DNA of 64,000 nucleotides from an uncultured Armatimonadetes bacterium (GTDB lineage Bacteria > Armatimonadota > Hebobacteria > Hebobacterales > Hebobacteraceae): assembly GCA_963716175.1 (NCBI GenBank), contig OY970296.1:3392001-3456000 (forward strand). The letters are read 5' to 3'. The notes beneath the pieces are model-generated. The model saw nothing but the letters and a program-made list of their open reading frames with translations, was not told where the DNA came from and did no database searches. The position numbers and the translations under genes are program-made. Within the stretch, counting starts at the first letter, position 1, and every line of letters begins with the position of its first letter. Below are positions 10,055 to 19,743 of the stretch, piece by piece.

Positions 10055-10321
10055 CTACCTTTGCAGGGGCTCGACCATCAGGCGGATGGCGGTGCGCTCC
10101 TGGCCGTCCACGGTGATGTCGGCGAAGGCGGGACGACAGATGAGGTCAACCCCAGAGGGGGCCATGAACCCCCGCGCGATGGCAACGGCCTTTACCGCCT
10201 GGTTGAGCGCTCCAGCGCCGATGGTCTGCAGCTCGGCCGCGCCCTTCTCCCTGATCACGCCCGCCAGGGCGCCGGCCACCGCGTTCGGATTCGATTTGGT
10301 TGAGACGCGCAGGACCTCCAT
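10055..10321 (-). CDS. spoVS: Stage V sporulation protein S family protein
   Basis: MEVLRVSTKSNPNAVAGALAGVIRE..AAELQTIGAGALNQAVKAVAIARGF; ymdB-spoVS synteny. Confidence 0.95.
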   Translation of the reverse strand: MEVLRVSTKSNPNAVAGALAGVIREKGAAELQTIGAGALNQAVKAVAIARGFMAPSGVDLICRPAFADITVDGQERTAIRLMVEPLQR

Positions 10322-10471
10322 GCCAGGATCCTCCCGCCGCTGTTGATTCGATTCCACCTGCCAGCTTCGCTGCTAAGAGGCCCCTCGTCGGGACCTCGAC
10401 GTGATGATCGCGCTGTGATCTGATCTATCGCCCGTATCGCGTTCTTGCCACGTACCGCACCGCGCGTGCAT

Positions 10472-11257
10472 TCAGCCAGTGATGTATTCTACCACACGTT
10501 GGACTGAGTTAGCAGCCCCTGTTGCCGGATCGGTAGTTATCACGACCCCACTGAGCACCAGGGGCCCGGAGGCCAGCTCGAAGCGAGCCGGTATTCCAGT
10601 AAGGAAGCGCTGGATCACCGGATCGGCCTTCACCCCCAGAATGGAGTCCCGAGGTCCGGTCATGCCGACATCGGTGATGTAGGCGGTGCCCTTGGGCAGC
10701 ACGCGTTCATCCGCAGTCTGCACGTGGGTGTGCGTGCCGATGACAGCGCTTACCCGACCATCGAGGTAGTAGCCCATGGCAAGCTTCTCGCTGGTTGCCT
10801 CGGCATGGATGTCCACCAGGATGACACGAGTTCTCTCACGCAGGGCCTCGATCTCCTTATCTGCGGCGCGAAATGGACAATCAATCGGCTCCATGAAGGT
10901 GCGGCCCTGCAGGTTCAGCACTCCCACAGGATCGTTGTTCCGTGTGGTGAACACATCCGCGCCCCTGCCGGGCGCGCCCGGTGGGAAATTGGCCGGTCGG
11001 AGGACACGCCGCTCCGCCGCGAGGTAGGTGACCGCGTCTCGCTGCCGCCAGACGTGGTTCCCGGTGGTGAGAATATCTACGCCGGCTTGCAGCAGTTCCT
11101 CCCCGACGGCGGCGGTGATGCCCAGACCGCCGGCGCCATTCTCCCCGTTGGCGAGGGTGAGATCAATCCGGAAGCGGCGCACCAGATCCGGAAGGCAGGC
11201 CCTGACGGCATCTCGGCCCGGCCGCCCCACGACATCGCCGATGAAGAGCAGGTTCAA
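10472..11257 (-). CDS. ymdB: YmdB/TIGR00282 2',3'-cyclic-nucleotide metallophosphoesterase
   Basis: FIGDVVGRPGR, NGENGAGG, TTGNH, DIHAEATSEK, GTHTHVQTADE. Confidence 0.95.
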   Translation of the reverse strand: MNLLFIGDVVGRPGRDAVRACLPDLVRRFRIDLTLANGENGAGGLGITAAVGEELLQAGVDILTTGNHVWRQRDAVTYLAAERRVLRPANFPPGAPGRGADVFTTRNNDPVGVLNLQGRTFMEPIDCPFRAADKEIEALRERTRVILVDIHAEATSEKLAMGYYLDGRVSAVIGTHTHVQTADERVLPKGTAYITDVGMTGPRDSILGVKADPVIQRFLTGIPARFELASGPLVLSGVVITTDPATGAANSVQRVVEYITG

Positions 11258-11281
11258 GGTCCGCCCTCGCCCGGCCCGGGC

Positions 11282-12826
11282 TCACTTGGCATATTCGACG
11301 GCCCGAGTCTCGCGGATCACGGTCACCTTGATCTGGCCGGGGTATTCCAGGTCAGATTCCTGAATCTTATCGGCGATCTCCTTGGCCAAGGCGACGGCCA
11401 TGACGTCGTCCACCTGGTCGGGCTTGACCAGGATCCTCACCTCCCGACCGGCCTGGATGGCGAAGCAACGTTCCACGCCCTGGCAGGACTGGGCAATCTT
11501 CTCCAGGCGGTCCAGCCGCTTGATGTAGCCCTCCAGGGTCTCCCGGCGCGCGCCCGGGCGGGCGGCGGAGATGCTGTCCGCGGCATACACCAGGACCGCC
11601 TCCACGGTGTGGAAGGGCTCCTCCTCGTGGTGGGCGGCGATGGCGTGGAGCACCTCGGCGCTCTCCCGGTAGCGGCGGGCGAGGTCCAGGCCGATGGCGG
11701 TGTGTGTGCCCTCCATCTCGAAGTCCACCGCCTTGCCGATGTCGTGGAGCAGGCCGGCGCGGCGCGCGATGGCCTCGTTCACGCGCAGCTCGGCGGCCAT
11801 GATCCCGGCGATGTTGGCGACCTCGATGGAGTGGTCGAGGGCGTTCTGGCCCAGGGTGGTGCGGAACTTCATCTTCCCTAGCAGCCGCACCAGCTCGGGG
11901 TGCAGGCCGGTGACCCCGGTGCGGAAGGTGGCCTGATCGCCTGCCTCCTGGATGCGCTCCTCCATGAGAGAGCGGGCCTTCTCCACCGCGTCCTCGATGC
12001 GCCCAGGGTGGATGCGGCCGTCGCTGATCAGGGTCTCGAGGGCGATACGGGCCGTCTCGCGGCGCACCGGGTCGAAGGTGGAGATCACCACCGCCTCCGG
12101 GGTGTCGTCTATGATCAGATCCACCCCGGTGAGCTGCTCGAAGGTGCGGATGTTGCGGCCCTCCCGGCCGATGATCCGTCCCTTCATCTCGTCGTTGGGT
12201 AGGGCCACTGCGGCCACGGTGGTCTCGGCCACCTGGTCCACGGCGCAGCGCTGGATGGCGAGCGAGATGATCTCCCTCGCCCTGCGGTCGGCCTCTCGCT
12301 TGGTCTCCTCCTCAATCTGCTCGAGCAGCATGGCGCTCTCGTGGCGGGCTTCCTGCTCGGCCTCCGCGAGCACCATGCGCCGCGCCTCCTCACTGCTGAG
12401 GCCGGCGGCCCGCTCCAGCTCCTCCCGCCAGCGCAGGCGCTCCTTGTCGGCGAGATCGCGGAGGCGGGACACCTCCTGCTCCTTGTCCTCGACGGAGCGC
12501 TCGCGTTTCTCCAGGGCCTCGCCGCGGCGCTCCAGGCTCTCCTCCCGCTGGCTGACCCTGCGCTCGGTGCGCTGCAGCTCCTGCCGGCGATCTCGGTTCT
12601 CCCGCTCGATCTCCTTCCGCAGTCGGTGCCCCTCATCCCTGGCCTCCAGCAGGGCTTCCTTGCGCTTGGCCTCGATTTCGCTATGGGCCTGCTCTAGCTC
12701 TCGCTGCGCCTGAGTAAGGCCGCGCTTGCGGGACTGATGGAAGCGGACGACCAGGAGAAAGGCGACGATGAATAAGACGACTTCTCCGGTGAATCCAACC
12801 AGCAGCAATCTCAAATCGTGAGCCAC
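11282..12826 (-). CDS. rny: Ribonuclease Y
   Basis: N-terminal TM and coiled coil; KH motif [14 protein letters not shown]; HD motif LLHDIGKA; AIQAGREVR. Confidence 0.97.
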   Translation of the reverse strand: MAHDLRLLLVGFTGEVVLFIVAFLLVVRFHQSRKRGLTQAQRELEQAHSEIEAKRKEALLEARDEGHRLRKEIERENRDRRQELQRTERRVSQREESLERRGEALEKRERSVEDKEQEVSRLRDLADKERLRWREELERAAGLSSEEARRMVLAEAEQEARHESAMLLEQIEEETKREADRRAREIISLAIQRCAVDQVAETTVAAVALPNDEMKGRIIGREGRNIRTFEQLTGVDLIIDDTPEAVVISTFDPVRRETARIALETLISDGRIHPGRIEDAVEKARSLMEERIQEAGDQATFRTGVTGLHPELVRLLGKMKFRTTLGQNALDHSIEVANIAGIMAAELRVNEAIARRAGLLHDIGKAVDFEMEGTHTAIGLDLARRYRESAEVLHAIAAHHEEEPFHTVEAVLVYAADSISAARPGARRETLEGYIKRLDRLEKIAQSCQGVERCFAIQAGREVRILVKPDQVDDVMAVALAKEIADKIQESDLEYPGQIKVTVIRETRAVEYAK

Positions 12827-13028
12827 TTGTGCCCACTCCCTTCTGATGACGGGGTCCCCGCCGGCGCGCAGCCCGGGCCACGCCGCCTAACGGTCCGCCG
12901 CAGGCGGACCAGCACCAGGCAGGACCACGAGATTGTTTGCGTCCAGTTAACCTGCGCGGCAGCCGCCCCGGGATGGGCCCGCCAGAGATTGTCCGGGCGC
13001 AACTGCGAGCGCAGCAGAATGGCATCTA

Positions 13029-13499
13029 TCAGTCCTTCCCCTCGGATATGATGCGTCGCATCACCGTGTCCACGGTGTCGAAGCCGAATCCCCTCCCCAA
13101 CAGCAACCGCCGCAGACGGGCCAGGCTCTTTCGGTCCAACGGTTCTTCTCTGAGCCGCCGCCGGGCCAGTGCCAGCGCCTGCGCGATCTCCATCTCGTCA
13201 CTCGTGCCCTCTTCCACGGCGGGGGCGATCAGGTCCTCCGCGATGCCCTTGCGCCGCAGCTCCCAGCGGAGCTTCTCCCGGCCCGCGCCGCCCGCGGCCC
13301 GGCGGCTCGCCACCCAGGCGCGGGCGAACTCGGCATCGTCCACCAGCCCGGCCGCGTCCAGGTCGGCCAGCACGCGCGCGATCACCTCGCGCTCAAACCC
13401 GGCGCCGCTCAGGCGCTGCCGCAGTTCCGCCGCCGACCGGGCACGCCGCGCGAGGAGGCGCAGGCACTTCTCCCGCGCCGCCTCCTGTGCGTCAACCAC
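13029..13499 (-). CDS. recX: Regulatory protein RecX
   Basis: LLARRARSAAELRQRL, GLVDDAEFARAWV, LLGRGF; directly downstream of recA. Confidence 0.92.
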   Translation of the reverse strand: MVDAQEAAREKCLRLLARRARSAAELRQRLSGAGFEREVIARVLADLDAAGLVDDAEFARAWVASRRAAGGAGREKLRWELRRKGIAEDLIAPAVEEGTSDEMEIAQALALARRRLREEPLDRKSLARLRRLLLGRGFGFDTVDTVMRRIISEGKD

Positions 13500-13506
13500 C
13501 GGAGAG

Positions 13507-14559
13507 CTAGCCTTGCTCTTCATCGCTATCCGCCGATGGCACCAGCGGCGTCAGACCGAGCCGCCGCCGAATCTCGGCTTCGATGCCGTCGGCGATGTCG
13601 GTGTTCTCCTCCAGAAAAGCGCGGGCGTTCTCCCGCCCCTGGCCCAGTCGGTTGTCGCCGGAGGTGAAGAACGCGCCGGCCTTGGTGATCACGCCCATCT
13701 CGGTACCTACGTCGAGCAGCTCTCCCCCGCGGGAGATGCCATGCCCGTAGATGATATCGAACTCGGTCTGGCGGAAGGGCGGGGCCACGCTGTTCTTGAT
13801 GACCTTGGCCCGGGACCGCCCGCCGATGATCTCGTTGCCTTTCTTGAGAGATTCCACTCGCCGGAGCTCGATTCTCACAGAGGCCCAGAACTTGAGGGCG
13901 CGGCCGCCTGGGGTGACCTCGGGGTTGCCGAACATGACCCCGATCTTCTCCCTGATCTGGTTGAGGAAGATGCCCACGGTGTCGGACTGGCGAATGGAAT
14001 GCGCCACCTTGCGCAGGGCCTTGGACATGAGGCGAGCCTGGAGGCCCACATGGGAGTCCGCCATTTCGCCCTCCAGCTCGGCGCGAGGGACGAGGGCGGC
14101 TACCGAGTCCACCACGAAGACGTCGAGGCCGCCGCTGCGGACCAGAATGTCGGCTATGTCCAGGGCCTGCTCTCCCGTCTGAGGCTGGGAGATGAGCAGC
14201 CCGTCCAGATCCACTCCCACCGCCTTGGCGTAGCTGGGATCCATGCGCTGCTCGGCGTCAATATAGGCAGCAGTGCCGCCCGCACGCTGGGCCTCGGCGA
14301 TGATGTGATAGGCGAGGGTGGTCTTGCCCGATCCCTCGTTGCCGTAGATCTCGGTGACGAGGCCCCGCGGGATTCCGCCCACGCCCAGAGCAATATCGAG
14401 GCCGAGCGCGCCGGTGGGAACGACGTTGACCTTCAGGTGCTGCGAGGATCCCAGGCGCATGATCGCGCCCTTGCCGTGCTGCCGCTCGATCTGGGTCATC
14501 GCCAGGTCTATCGCCTTTGCTTTGTCTTCGGTCTTCCTCTCCGCGCCCTTCTCAACCAT
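13507..14559 (-). CDS. recA: Recombinase RecA
   Basis: [61 protein letters not shown]. Confidence 0.97.
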   Translation of the reverse strand: MVEKGAERKTEDKAKAIDLAMTQIERQHGKGAIMRLGSSQHLKVNVVPTGALGLDIALGVGGIPRGLVTEIYGNEGSGKTTLAYHIIAEAQRAGGTAAYIDAEQRMDPSYAKAVGVDLDGLLISQPQTGEQALDIADILVRSGGLDVFVVDSVAALVPRAELEGEMADSHVGLQARLMSKALRKVAHSIRQSDTVGIFLNQIREKIGVMFGNPEVTPGGRALKFWASVRIELRRVESLKKGNEIIGGRSRAKVIKNSVAPPFRQTEFDIIYGHGISRGGELLDVGTEMGVITKAGAFFTSGDNRLGQGRENARAFLEENTDIADGIEAEIRRRLGLTPLVPSADSDEEQG

Positions 14560-15147
14560 CACTCTCCCCCTTCGCCCGTCAGCTTGCTCTCGTCGAGTTC
14601 ATGATAGATCGCGCCCTGCCGCGTCAACTCGCTTTGCATCAAGAGTACCTGGTCTACCGGGACCTGACCCAGGTCCGCCTCGGCCAACTCCTCGATGGCG
14701 GCCGCCAGGCGGGGGTTGGGCTCAGGCTGCCGCGCCCGGCCCAAGGTGGAGATGGGCCTGGAAAGGCCGCCTCTCGCGCTCGAAGCCATGCTGCGCGCAG
14801 GCCGCCTCCACTCGCGCCGCCAGATCGGAGATCTCGGCCGCACCTTCCTTGACCGCGATCCAGACCACCCGGGCGCGGGTCAGGCTGGGGAAGGCGCCGG
14901 CGCCGCGGAAGTGCATGGTGAAGGGCCGCGCGCCCACCAAAGCTTGGCTCACGGTGCGCCAGAGCACCGTGAGGCGCTCCCGCTCCACCCCGCCCAGGAA
15001 CTTGAGGGTGATGTGGAAACCGTCAGGGTTGACCCATTTGATGCTTTCGTCCCCAGCCTTCAGTTGCTGCTGGGCGGCGCGGATCCCCTCCGCGGACGCC
15101 GGCGGCACGGCCACCGCGATGAAGCTGCGAATTCGCTCTTCGCTCAT
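14559..15147 (-). CDS. thpR: RNA 2',3'-cyclic phosphodiesterase (2'-5' RNA ligase family); one apparent frameshift ~14750
   Basis: HITLKFLG; the second HxT motif (HL-TLGR) spans the frameshift; cinA-thpR-recA synteny. Confidence 0.9.
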
Positions 15148-15159
15148 CTTGCGCCACCC

Positions 15160-15209
15160 ACAGGGGCGGGATTCATGCCCGCCCGGGGCGCCATGAATGG
15201 CGCCCCTAC
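15160..15209. repeat. GTAG-type REP doublet (GGGGCGGGATTCATGCCCGCCC + GGGGCGCCATGAATGGCGCCCCTAC)
   Basis: Two adjacent hairpins. The right arm recurs at 16678-16701; the left arm resembles the reverse complement of 54032-54055. Confidence 0.85.
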
Positions 15210-16453
15210 GCCTTGGATGTCAGTCTTCTGTACAGCAGATAGAGCGCCATCTGCGCCGCTCGTTCCTTCACCATCAGCCTGTCGCCGCGCAGCCGGTGCT
15301 CCTCGACCTGGGTCCCGGCGGAATCGGAGAGGCCGATGTAGGTCAGCCCGATCGGCTTGCTTGGAGTAGCGCCGGTGGGCCCCGCGATGCCGGTCACCGA
15401 AAGGCCGATGTCGGCCCCGCAAGTCTGTCTCACGCCTTCAGCCATGGCCCGCGCGGTCTGCTCGCTCACCGCGCCATGCTCGGCGATGGTCGCCGGCGGC
15501 ACTCCGAGCAGCTTGATCTTGGCTTCGTTGCTGTAGGTGACCAGGGAGGCCAGCAGGTAATCCGAGCTGCCGGCGACATTGGTGATGCGGTGGCCGATGA
15601 GGCCGCCGGTGCAGGACTCGGCCGCCGCCAGGGTCTTGCCGGCCGTGCGCAGCAGGCCGCCGATGACGCTCTCCAGCGTCTCGCCGTCAGCTCCGTATAT
15701 GTGCTTGCCCAGCCGCCGCTTGATCTCGGCCTCCACGGGGGCGATCATCGCCTCGGCCGCCGCCCGGTCGGGGGCGCGGGCGGTGACGCGCAGATGCACC
15801 TCGAAGGTCTTCGCCAGGGGCGCGACGGTGGGGTTGTGGGTGTGGATCAGATCCGAGATCTCGGCCTCGGCCTGGGATTCGCCGATTCCGGCGAGGCGGA
15901 GCACGCGGGACAGGATAACCGCTCCCCCCTCCTGGCGAGCGCGCTCGCCGAGGTAGGGGAGGACAGTCTGCTCGGCCATCGCCTTCATCTCGGGCGGCAC
16001 GCCGGGGAGGACGATGACGGTCTTGCCGTCCTTCTCGACGATGAACCCAGGAGCGGTGCCGACGGGGTTGGGCACGACCCGGGAGCCGCGCGGCACCCGC
16101 GCCTGCTTGAGAAGGCTATCCAGCAGCTTCACCCCGCGCTGGCGGGCGAACGATTGGATTCTCTCAGCCGCGGCCTCGTCCGCGACGAGGCCGACCCGCA
16201 TCACCTGGGCAACGCCGGCCGCGGTGACATCATCTTCGGTGGGCCCCAGTCCGCCTGTTGCGAGCACCACGTCGGCTCGCTCCAGGGCAATGCGCAGCGC
16301 GACGGCCAGTCGTTCAGCATTGTCACCGACCGTGGTCTTGTGATAGACGTTGATCCCCAGCCCAGATAGCTTCTCTGCCAGGTAAGCGGCATTAGTGTCT
16401 ACGATTTCCCCCAAGAGCAGCTCGGTGCCTACCGATAGCAGCTCTAAGTCCAT
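15206..16453 (-). CDS. cinA: Competence/damage-inducible protein CinA (NMN deamidase)
   Basis: VGTELLLGEIVDTNA, GGLGPTEDDVT, LPGVPPEM, AESCTGG, GIAGPTG. Confidence 0.96.
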   Translation of the reverse strand: MDLELLSVGTELLLGEIVDTNAAYLAEKLSGLGINVYHKTTVGDNAERLAVALRIALERADVVLATGGLGPTEDDVTAAGVAQVMRVGLVADEAAAERIQSFARQRGVKLLDSLLKQARVPRGSRVVPNPVGTAPGFIVEKDGKTVIVLPGVPPEMKAMAEQTVLPYLGERARQEGGAVILSRVLRLAGIGESQAEAEISDLIHTHNPTVAPLAKTFEVHLRVTARAPDRAAAEAMIAPVEAEIKRRLGKHIYGADGETLESVIGGLLRTAGKTLAAAESCTGGLIGHRITNVAGSSDYLLASLVTYSNEAKIKLLGVPPATIAEHGAVSEQTARAMAEGVRQTCGADIGLSVTGIAGPTGATPSKPIGLTYIGLSDSAGTQVEEHRLRGDRLMVKERAAQMALYLLYRRLTSKA

Positions 16454-16580
16454 TCGCTCCTCCGGGCGCGGTCGAAGCCCACGCGTGCTCAATCCCTACT
16501 GGGTGGCCGCGGGAGCTGCGCTCCCGCCCCAAGTGTCTCTCCAGTGGTACAAAACCCGGACGGAGCCCACTTTGGGGGAG

Positions 16581-16609
16581 ATTATACGGCGTTTGGAGTT
16601 TGCACGCAA
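16581..16609 (-). promoter_or_regulatory. Sigma70-type promoter for the cinA-thpR-recA operon (TTGCGT-17-TATAAT)
   Basis: Perfect -10 and 17-nt spacer, ~130 nt upstream of cinA. Confidence 0.65.
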
Positions 16610-16677
16610 GTGTCGCGAAATGGGGCAGAGGAGCCACCAGGCTGCCCGCTCTCCTGACGGGCGTGCCCGGCTCTGGT

Positions 16678-16701
16678 GGGCGCCATGAATGGCGCCCCTA
16701 C
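16678..16701. repeat. GTAG-type REP (GGGCGCCATGAATGGCGCCCCTAC)
   Basis: Identical to 15186-15209; overlaps the TAG stop of the HD gene. Confidence 0.85.
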
Positions 16702-17366
16702 AGCAGCTTGGTGCCGTTGATCACCAGCTCGAACTCGCACCCCAGCACCCGGGCGGCGCGGCGGGCCATCACCATGCGCTGGAGGAAAAGCTCGAAGTAC
16801 TCCATGATGGGGGCGATCTGGGTGTCGGTCTCCAGGTGAAGGGAGATGAGGGTGTGCTCGCGGTTGACAGAGAGGTCAGAGGAGATGGTGGCGTAGTTCA
16901 CCCGGTCGTGCTCGTCGTAGCGGGAGGGGTGAATGTCGCGGACGCGGCTGCGGGCGACGTCTGACTTGTCGGCGATGATCACCGCCGCGGCCACGGGGCC
17001 GAAGGGCTCGCCGTGGGGCTCCTCGTGATTGCCCACCCCGGCCATGATGTCGGCCAGCTCGGCCGGCGGCATGCCCATCTCCTTCAGCACGCTGTAGGCC
17101 AGCACCACCGCCACCTGCTCGTGCTCCTCCCGGGTGGCGACATTGCCGATATCGTGCAGGTAGCCGGCGATGGCGGCGAGCTCGATCTCGCGGGGGCTGC
17201 GACCCAGGGCCTGCATGATGCCGCGCGCCCGGTCGGCGACCAGGTTGGCGTGGCGGAAGCCGTGCTCGGTATAGCCGATGGCCTCCATGTTCTGATCGGC
17301 GCGGGACAGGTAGATGGTGATGTCCTCGCGATGCTTCACATCGTCCAGTGTGATGTCTCTAGCCAT
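16698..17366 (-). CDS. HD-domain phosphohydrolase
   Basis: GYTEHGFRH, AGYLHDIGN, GNHEE, IIADKSDV, HDRVNYA. Confidence 0.9.
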   Translation of the reverse strand: MARDITLDDVKHREDITIYLSRADQNMEAIGYTEHGFRHANLVADRARGIMQALGRSPREIELAAIAGYLHDIGNVATREEHEQVAVVLAYSVLKEMGMPPAELADIMAGVGNHEEPHGEPFGPVAAAVIIADKSDVARSRVRDIHPSRYDEHDRVNYATISSDLSVNREHTLISLHLETDTQIAPIMEYFELFLQRMVMARRAARVLGCEFELVINGTKLL

Positions 17367-17380
17367 GATCCCTCCGGGGA

Positions 17381-17458
17381 TCCGCGGATTACGCAGATCA
17401 CTCAGATCAGCCCGCCGGAGGCGGGCAAGTGCTTGTTCATGGGTGTCCATCTGCGGAT
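17381..17458. repeat. CCGCGGATTACGCAGAT-type periodic inverted repeat with a nested CCCGCCGGAGGCGGG hairpin
   Basis: TCCGCGGATTACGCAGAT...ATCTGCGGAT; related arm at 46819-46841; overlaps the tgt 3' end. Confidence 0.6.
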
Positions 17459-18599
17459 GAAATCCTCCGCGAACTCGCGATAGCGGCCAGCGAGAATGGC
17501 CTCTCGTATCTGCTCCATCAAACGCAAGTAGAGATACACGTTATGGTAGCTCACGCAGCGAGCGGCGAGAATCTCGCCCGACTTGTAGACATGGCGCAGG
17601 TAGGCCCGGGTGTAGGTGGTGCAGACCTGGCATCCGCAGTCCGGATCGAGCGGGCCCAGGTCATCCTGGTAATGGGCATTCTTCAGGTTCAGTTTTCCCG
17701 TTTTCGTGTAGGCCGTACCATTCCGCCCGAGGCGAGTCGGCAGCACGCAGTCGAACATATCTATGCCGGAGAGCACGGCGCGGACGATATCAGCCGGGCT
17801 GCCTACGCCCATCAAGTAGCGGGGGCGATGCTGCGGGAGCAGGGGCGCAGTGTGGCTGAGCAGAGAGAAGGTCAGGTCCTTGGGTTCTCCCACGGAGAGG
17901 CCGCCGATGGCGTAGCCATCGAAGGGGAGCTGGGTGAGCCGACCGGCGCTCTGGGCGCGCAGGTCAGGCTCGAACCCTCCCTGGACGATGCCGAATAGGG
18001 CCTGGGTGGGGGCAGGCTGGCAGCCCGGCGCACCCTGTGGGGCAGGTCGCGGACCTGCCCTACTTGGTTCGTGGTGGGCCTCGAGGCACCGCGCCGCCCA
18101 GCGGTCGGAACGTTCTGTGGCCTCACGGGTGGGGCCGGGGTCGGCGGGATAGCCGACGGGCTGATCGAAGGCCATGATGATGTCGGCTCCGATGGCGTGC
18201 TGGATCTCGATGGCGGACTCGGGGGTGAGGAGGTGCTCGGAGCCATCAATGTGGGAGCGGAAGCTGACCCCTTCCTCCGACACCTCCAACAGGGGCGCAA
18301 GGCTGAAAACCTGATAGCCCCCGCTGTCGGTGAGCGTGGCCCCGGGCCAGCGCATGAAGCGGGCGAGGCCGCCGGAGCGCTGGATGAGCTCGATGCCAGG
18401 CCGGAGATAGAGGTGGTAGGCGTTCCCGAGGAGGATGCGCGCGCCCAGCTCGAGCAGCTCGGGCCTGGGTGAGGGCCTTCACCGCAGCCTGGGTGGCGAC
18501 TGGCAGGAAGGCTGGGGTGTGGAAAGTATGCCCGTGGATGCTGAGGCGGCCGGCGCGGGCGCCGGTGGGGTCGGCGTTTTCGATGACGAACTCAAGCAT
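17402..18599 (-). CDS. tgt: tRNA-guanine transglycosylase; one apparent frameshift ~18464
   Basis: TPAFLPVAT, NAYHL, TDSGGYQVFSL, FGIVQGG, GGLSVGE, DMFDCVLPTR, zinc site C-C--C...H. Confidence 0.95.
18006..18063. repeat. REP doublet inserted in frame in tgt
   Basis: Contains the 25-mer GGGGCAGGTCGCGGACCTGCCCTAC (identical at 32392-32416 and 47785-47809) plus a degenerate inverted arm; encodes SRAGPRPAPQGAPGCQPAPT. Confidence 0.85.
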
Positions 18600-18620
18600 A
18601 GGGCTGTGCGGCTGGCGGGC

Positions 18621-18650
18621 AGTATAGTCGGGGCGGCGCACAAGTGTCAA
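18621..18650 (-). promoter_or_regulatory. Sigma70-type promoter for tgt (TTGACA-18-TATACT)
   Basis: Near-perfect consensus ~20 nt upstream of the tgt ATG. Confidence 0.7.
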
Positions 18651-18682
18651 GGGAGAGCCGCGAGCGCGCGCCCGGCAACGGC

Positions 18683-18712
18683 TTGACACCCGCTTGAAGG
18701 GGTGACTATAAT
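18683..18712 (+). promoter_or_regulatory. Sigma70-type promoter (TTGACA-18-TATAAT) for the gmk-coaBC-metK run
   Basis: Perfect consensus hexamers, divergent from the tgt promoter. Confidence 0.75.
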
Positions 18713-18755
18713 CGCAATGCCAGCCTGTCTCGGGCTGATAGGGAGGCAGTAGGTC

Positions 18756-19511
18756 TTGCCCCAAGTCAGGTGCCCAGAGTGCGGCGCGTTGAACGATACC
18801 CGCGCCCCGGACTACCCGTTCTGCGTGGGCTGCCAGGACAACCTGGCGAAGTGCGGGTACTGCTACTGGTTCGACGAGCAGGCGGGCGTGTGCATGCATT
18901 CGGCGGTGGGGGACGCGTTCGAGGTGAGTGCGGCGGCGACCCCTCCTTGCAGCTATCACGCCCCTCGGGTGGCCTTGCGGGTGCGGCGGGAGGGGCGGCC
19001 CGCGCTGCTGCTGGTGGTGGGGGTGACGGCGGCGCTCTTCGCTCTGGCGTATGGGTCCTTCAAGCTGCTGGGGCCGGGGACGTCGAGCGGTCCCCCTCCA
19101 GGTAACCTGCAGCTATCGGTGGAGGCGGGCTACGAAAACGCCATCGTGGGACAACCCTACCTGGTGACGGCTGAAGTCTACAACATCTCTGATGTGGTGG
19201 TGCGGAATGTGAGGTTCGAGATCGCGAAGGCTTCTCTCGCCCAGCTTCAGCTGCGGACGGTGAGGCCACAGCCGGTGAAGGTAGATCAGTCCAGGAAGTG
19301 GCAGGTGCTGGTGTACCCGGACATGAACCCCCGGCAGCGGCGAACCATCACCCTGGAGTTGGTGCCGAAGAAGGCCGGGGCGCAGCATCTGGTGCTGCAG
19401 CTGACCTCGGGGCCCGGCGCCTATCACGGGATGACCGATCTTCCCGTCCTGGTGTGCGGCAGGCGGCCGGGCACGGCATCGGGAGGCAGGGAGCGGTATG
19501 AGACCCGATGA
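18756..19511 (+). CDS. Hypothetical protein: Cys-rich zinc-ribbon N-terminus, one TM helix, Ig-like C-terminal domain
   Basis: CPEC..CVGC..CGYC..C..C.H, a hydrophobic segment and a beta-rich tail; SD GGGAGG before the TTG start. Confidence 0.8.
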   Translation: MPQVRCPECGALNDTRAPDYPFCVGCQDNLAKCGYCYWFDEQAGVCMHSAVGDAFEVSAAATPPCSYHAPRVALRVRREGRPALLLVVGVTAALFALAYGSFKLLGPGTSSGPPPGNLQLSVEAGYENAIVGQPYLVTAEVYNISDVVVRNVRFEIAKASLAQLQLRTVRPQPVKVDQSRKWQVLVYPDMNPRQRRTITLELVPKKAGAQHLVLQLTSGPGAYHGMTDLPVLVCGRRPGTASGGRERYETR

Positions 19512-19743
19512 TGCGCAGCTCACGCGGCGGGTGCGCAGTGAGATCATCAGACGAGAGCTGGACACGACGCGGCTCGAGGTGAAGGTGATCCACGGCGTAG
19601 CCTATCTGGCCGGTGAGCTGCGGCCGACGCGGAGTCAGAGGATACCCGACCCGAAGAAAGAGATGGAGATCATCGAGAACATCATCTATGGCATCAGCGG
19701 GATTCGGGGGATGGATAACCGCATCAAGTGGATCGAGCTTTGA
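19498..19743 (+). CDS. Small BON-domain-like protein
   Basis: DDAQLTRRVRSEI...LEVKVIHGVAYLAG...ISGIRGMDNRI fits the BON pattern. Confidence 0.7.
   Translation: MRPDDAQLTRRVRSEIIRRELDTTRLEVKVIHGVAYLAGELRPTRSQRIPDPKKEMEIIENIIYGISGIRGMDNRIKWIEL

Noticed and set aside
10055-10321. spoVS as evidence of sporulation
   Set aside because: SpoVS is widespread in non-sporulating bacteria next to rny-ymdB, and no other sporulation genes are in the window.
16454-16680. LexA/SOS box upstream of cinA-recA
   Set aside because: No GAAC-N4-GTTC or CTGT-N8-ACAG match seen; a lineage-specific box cannot be excluded.
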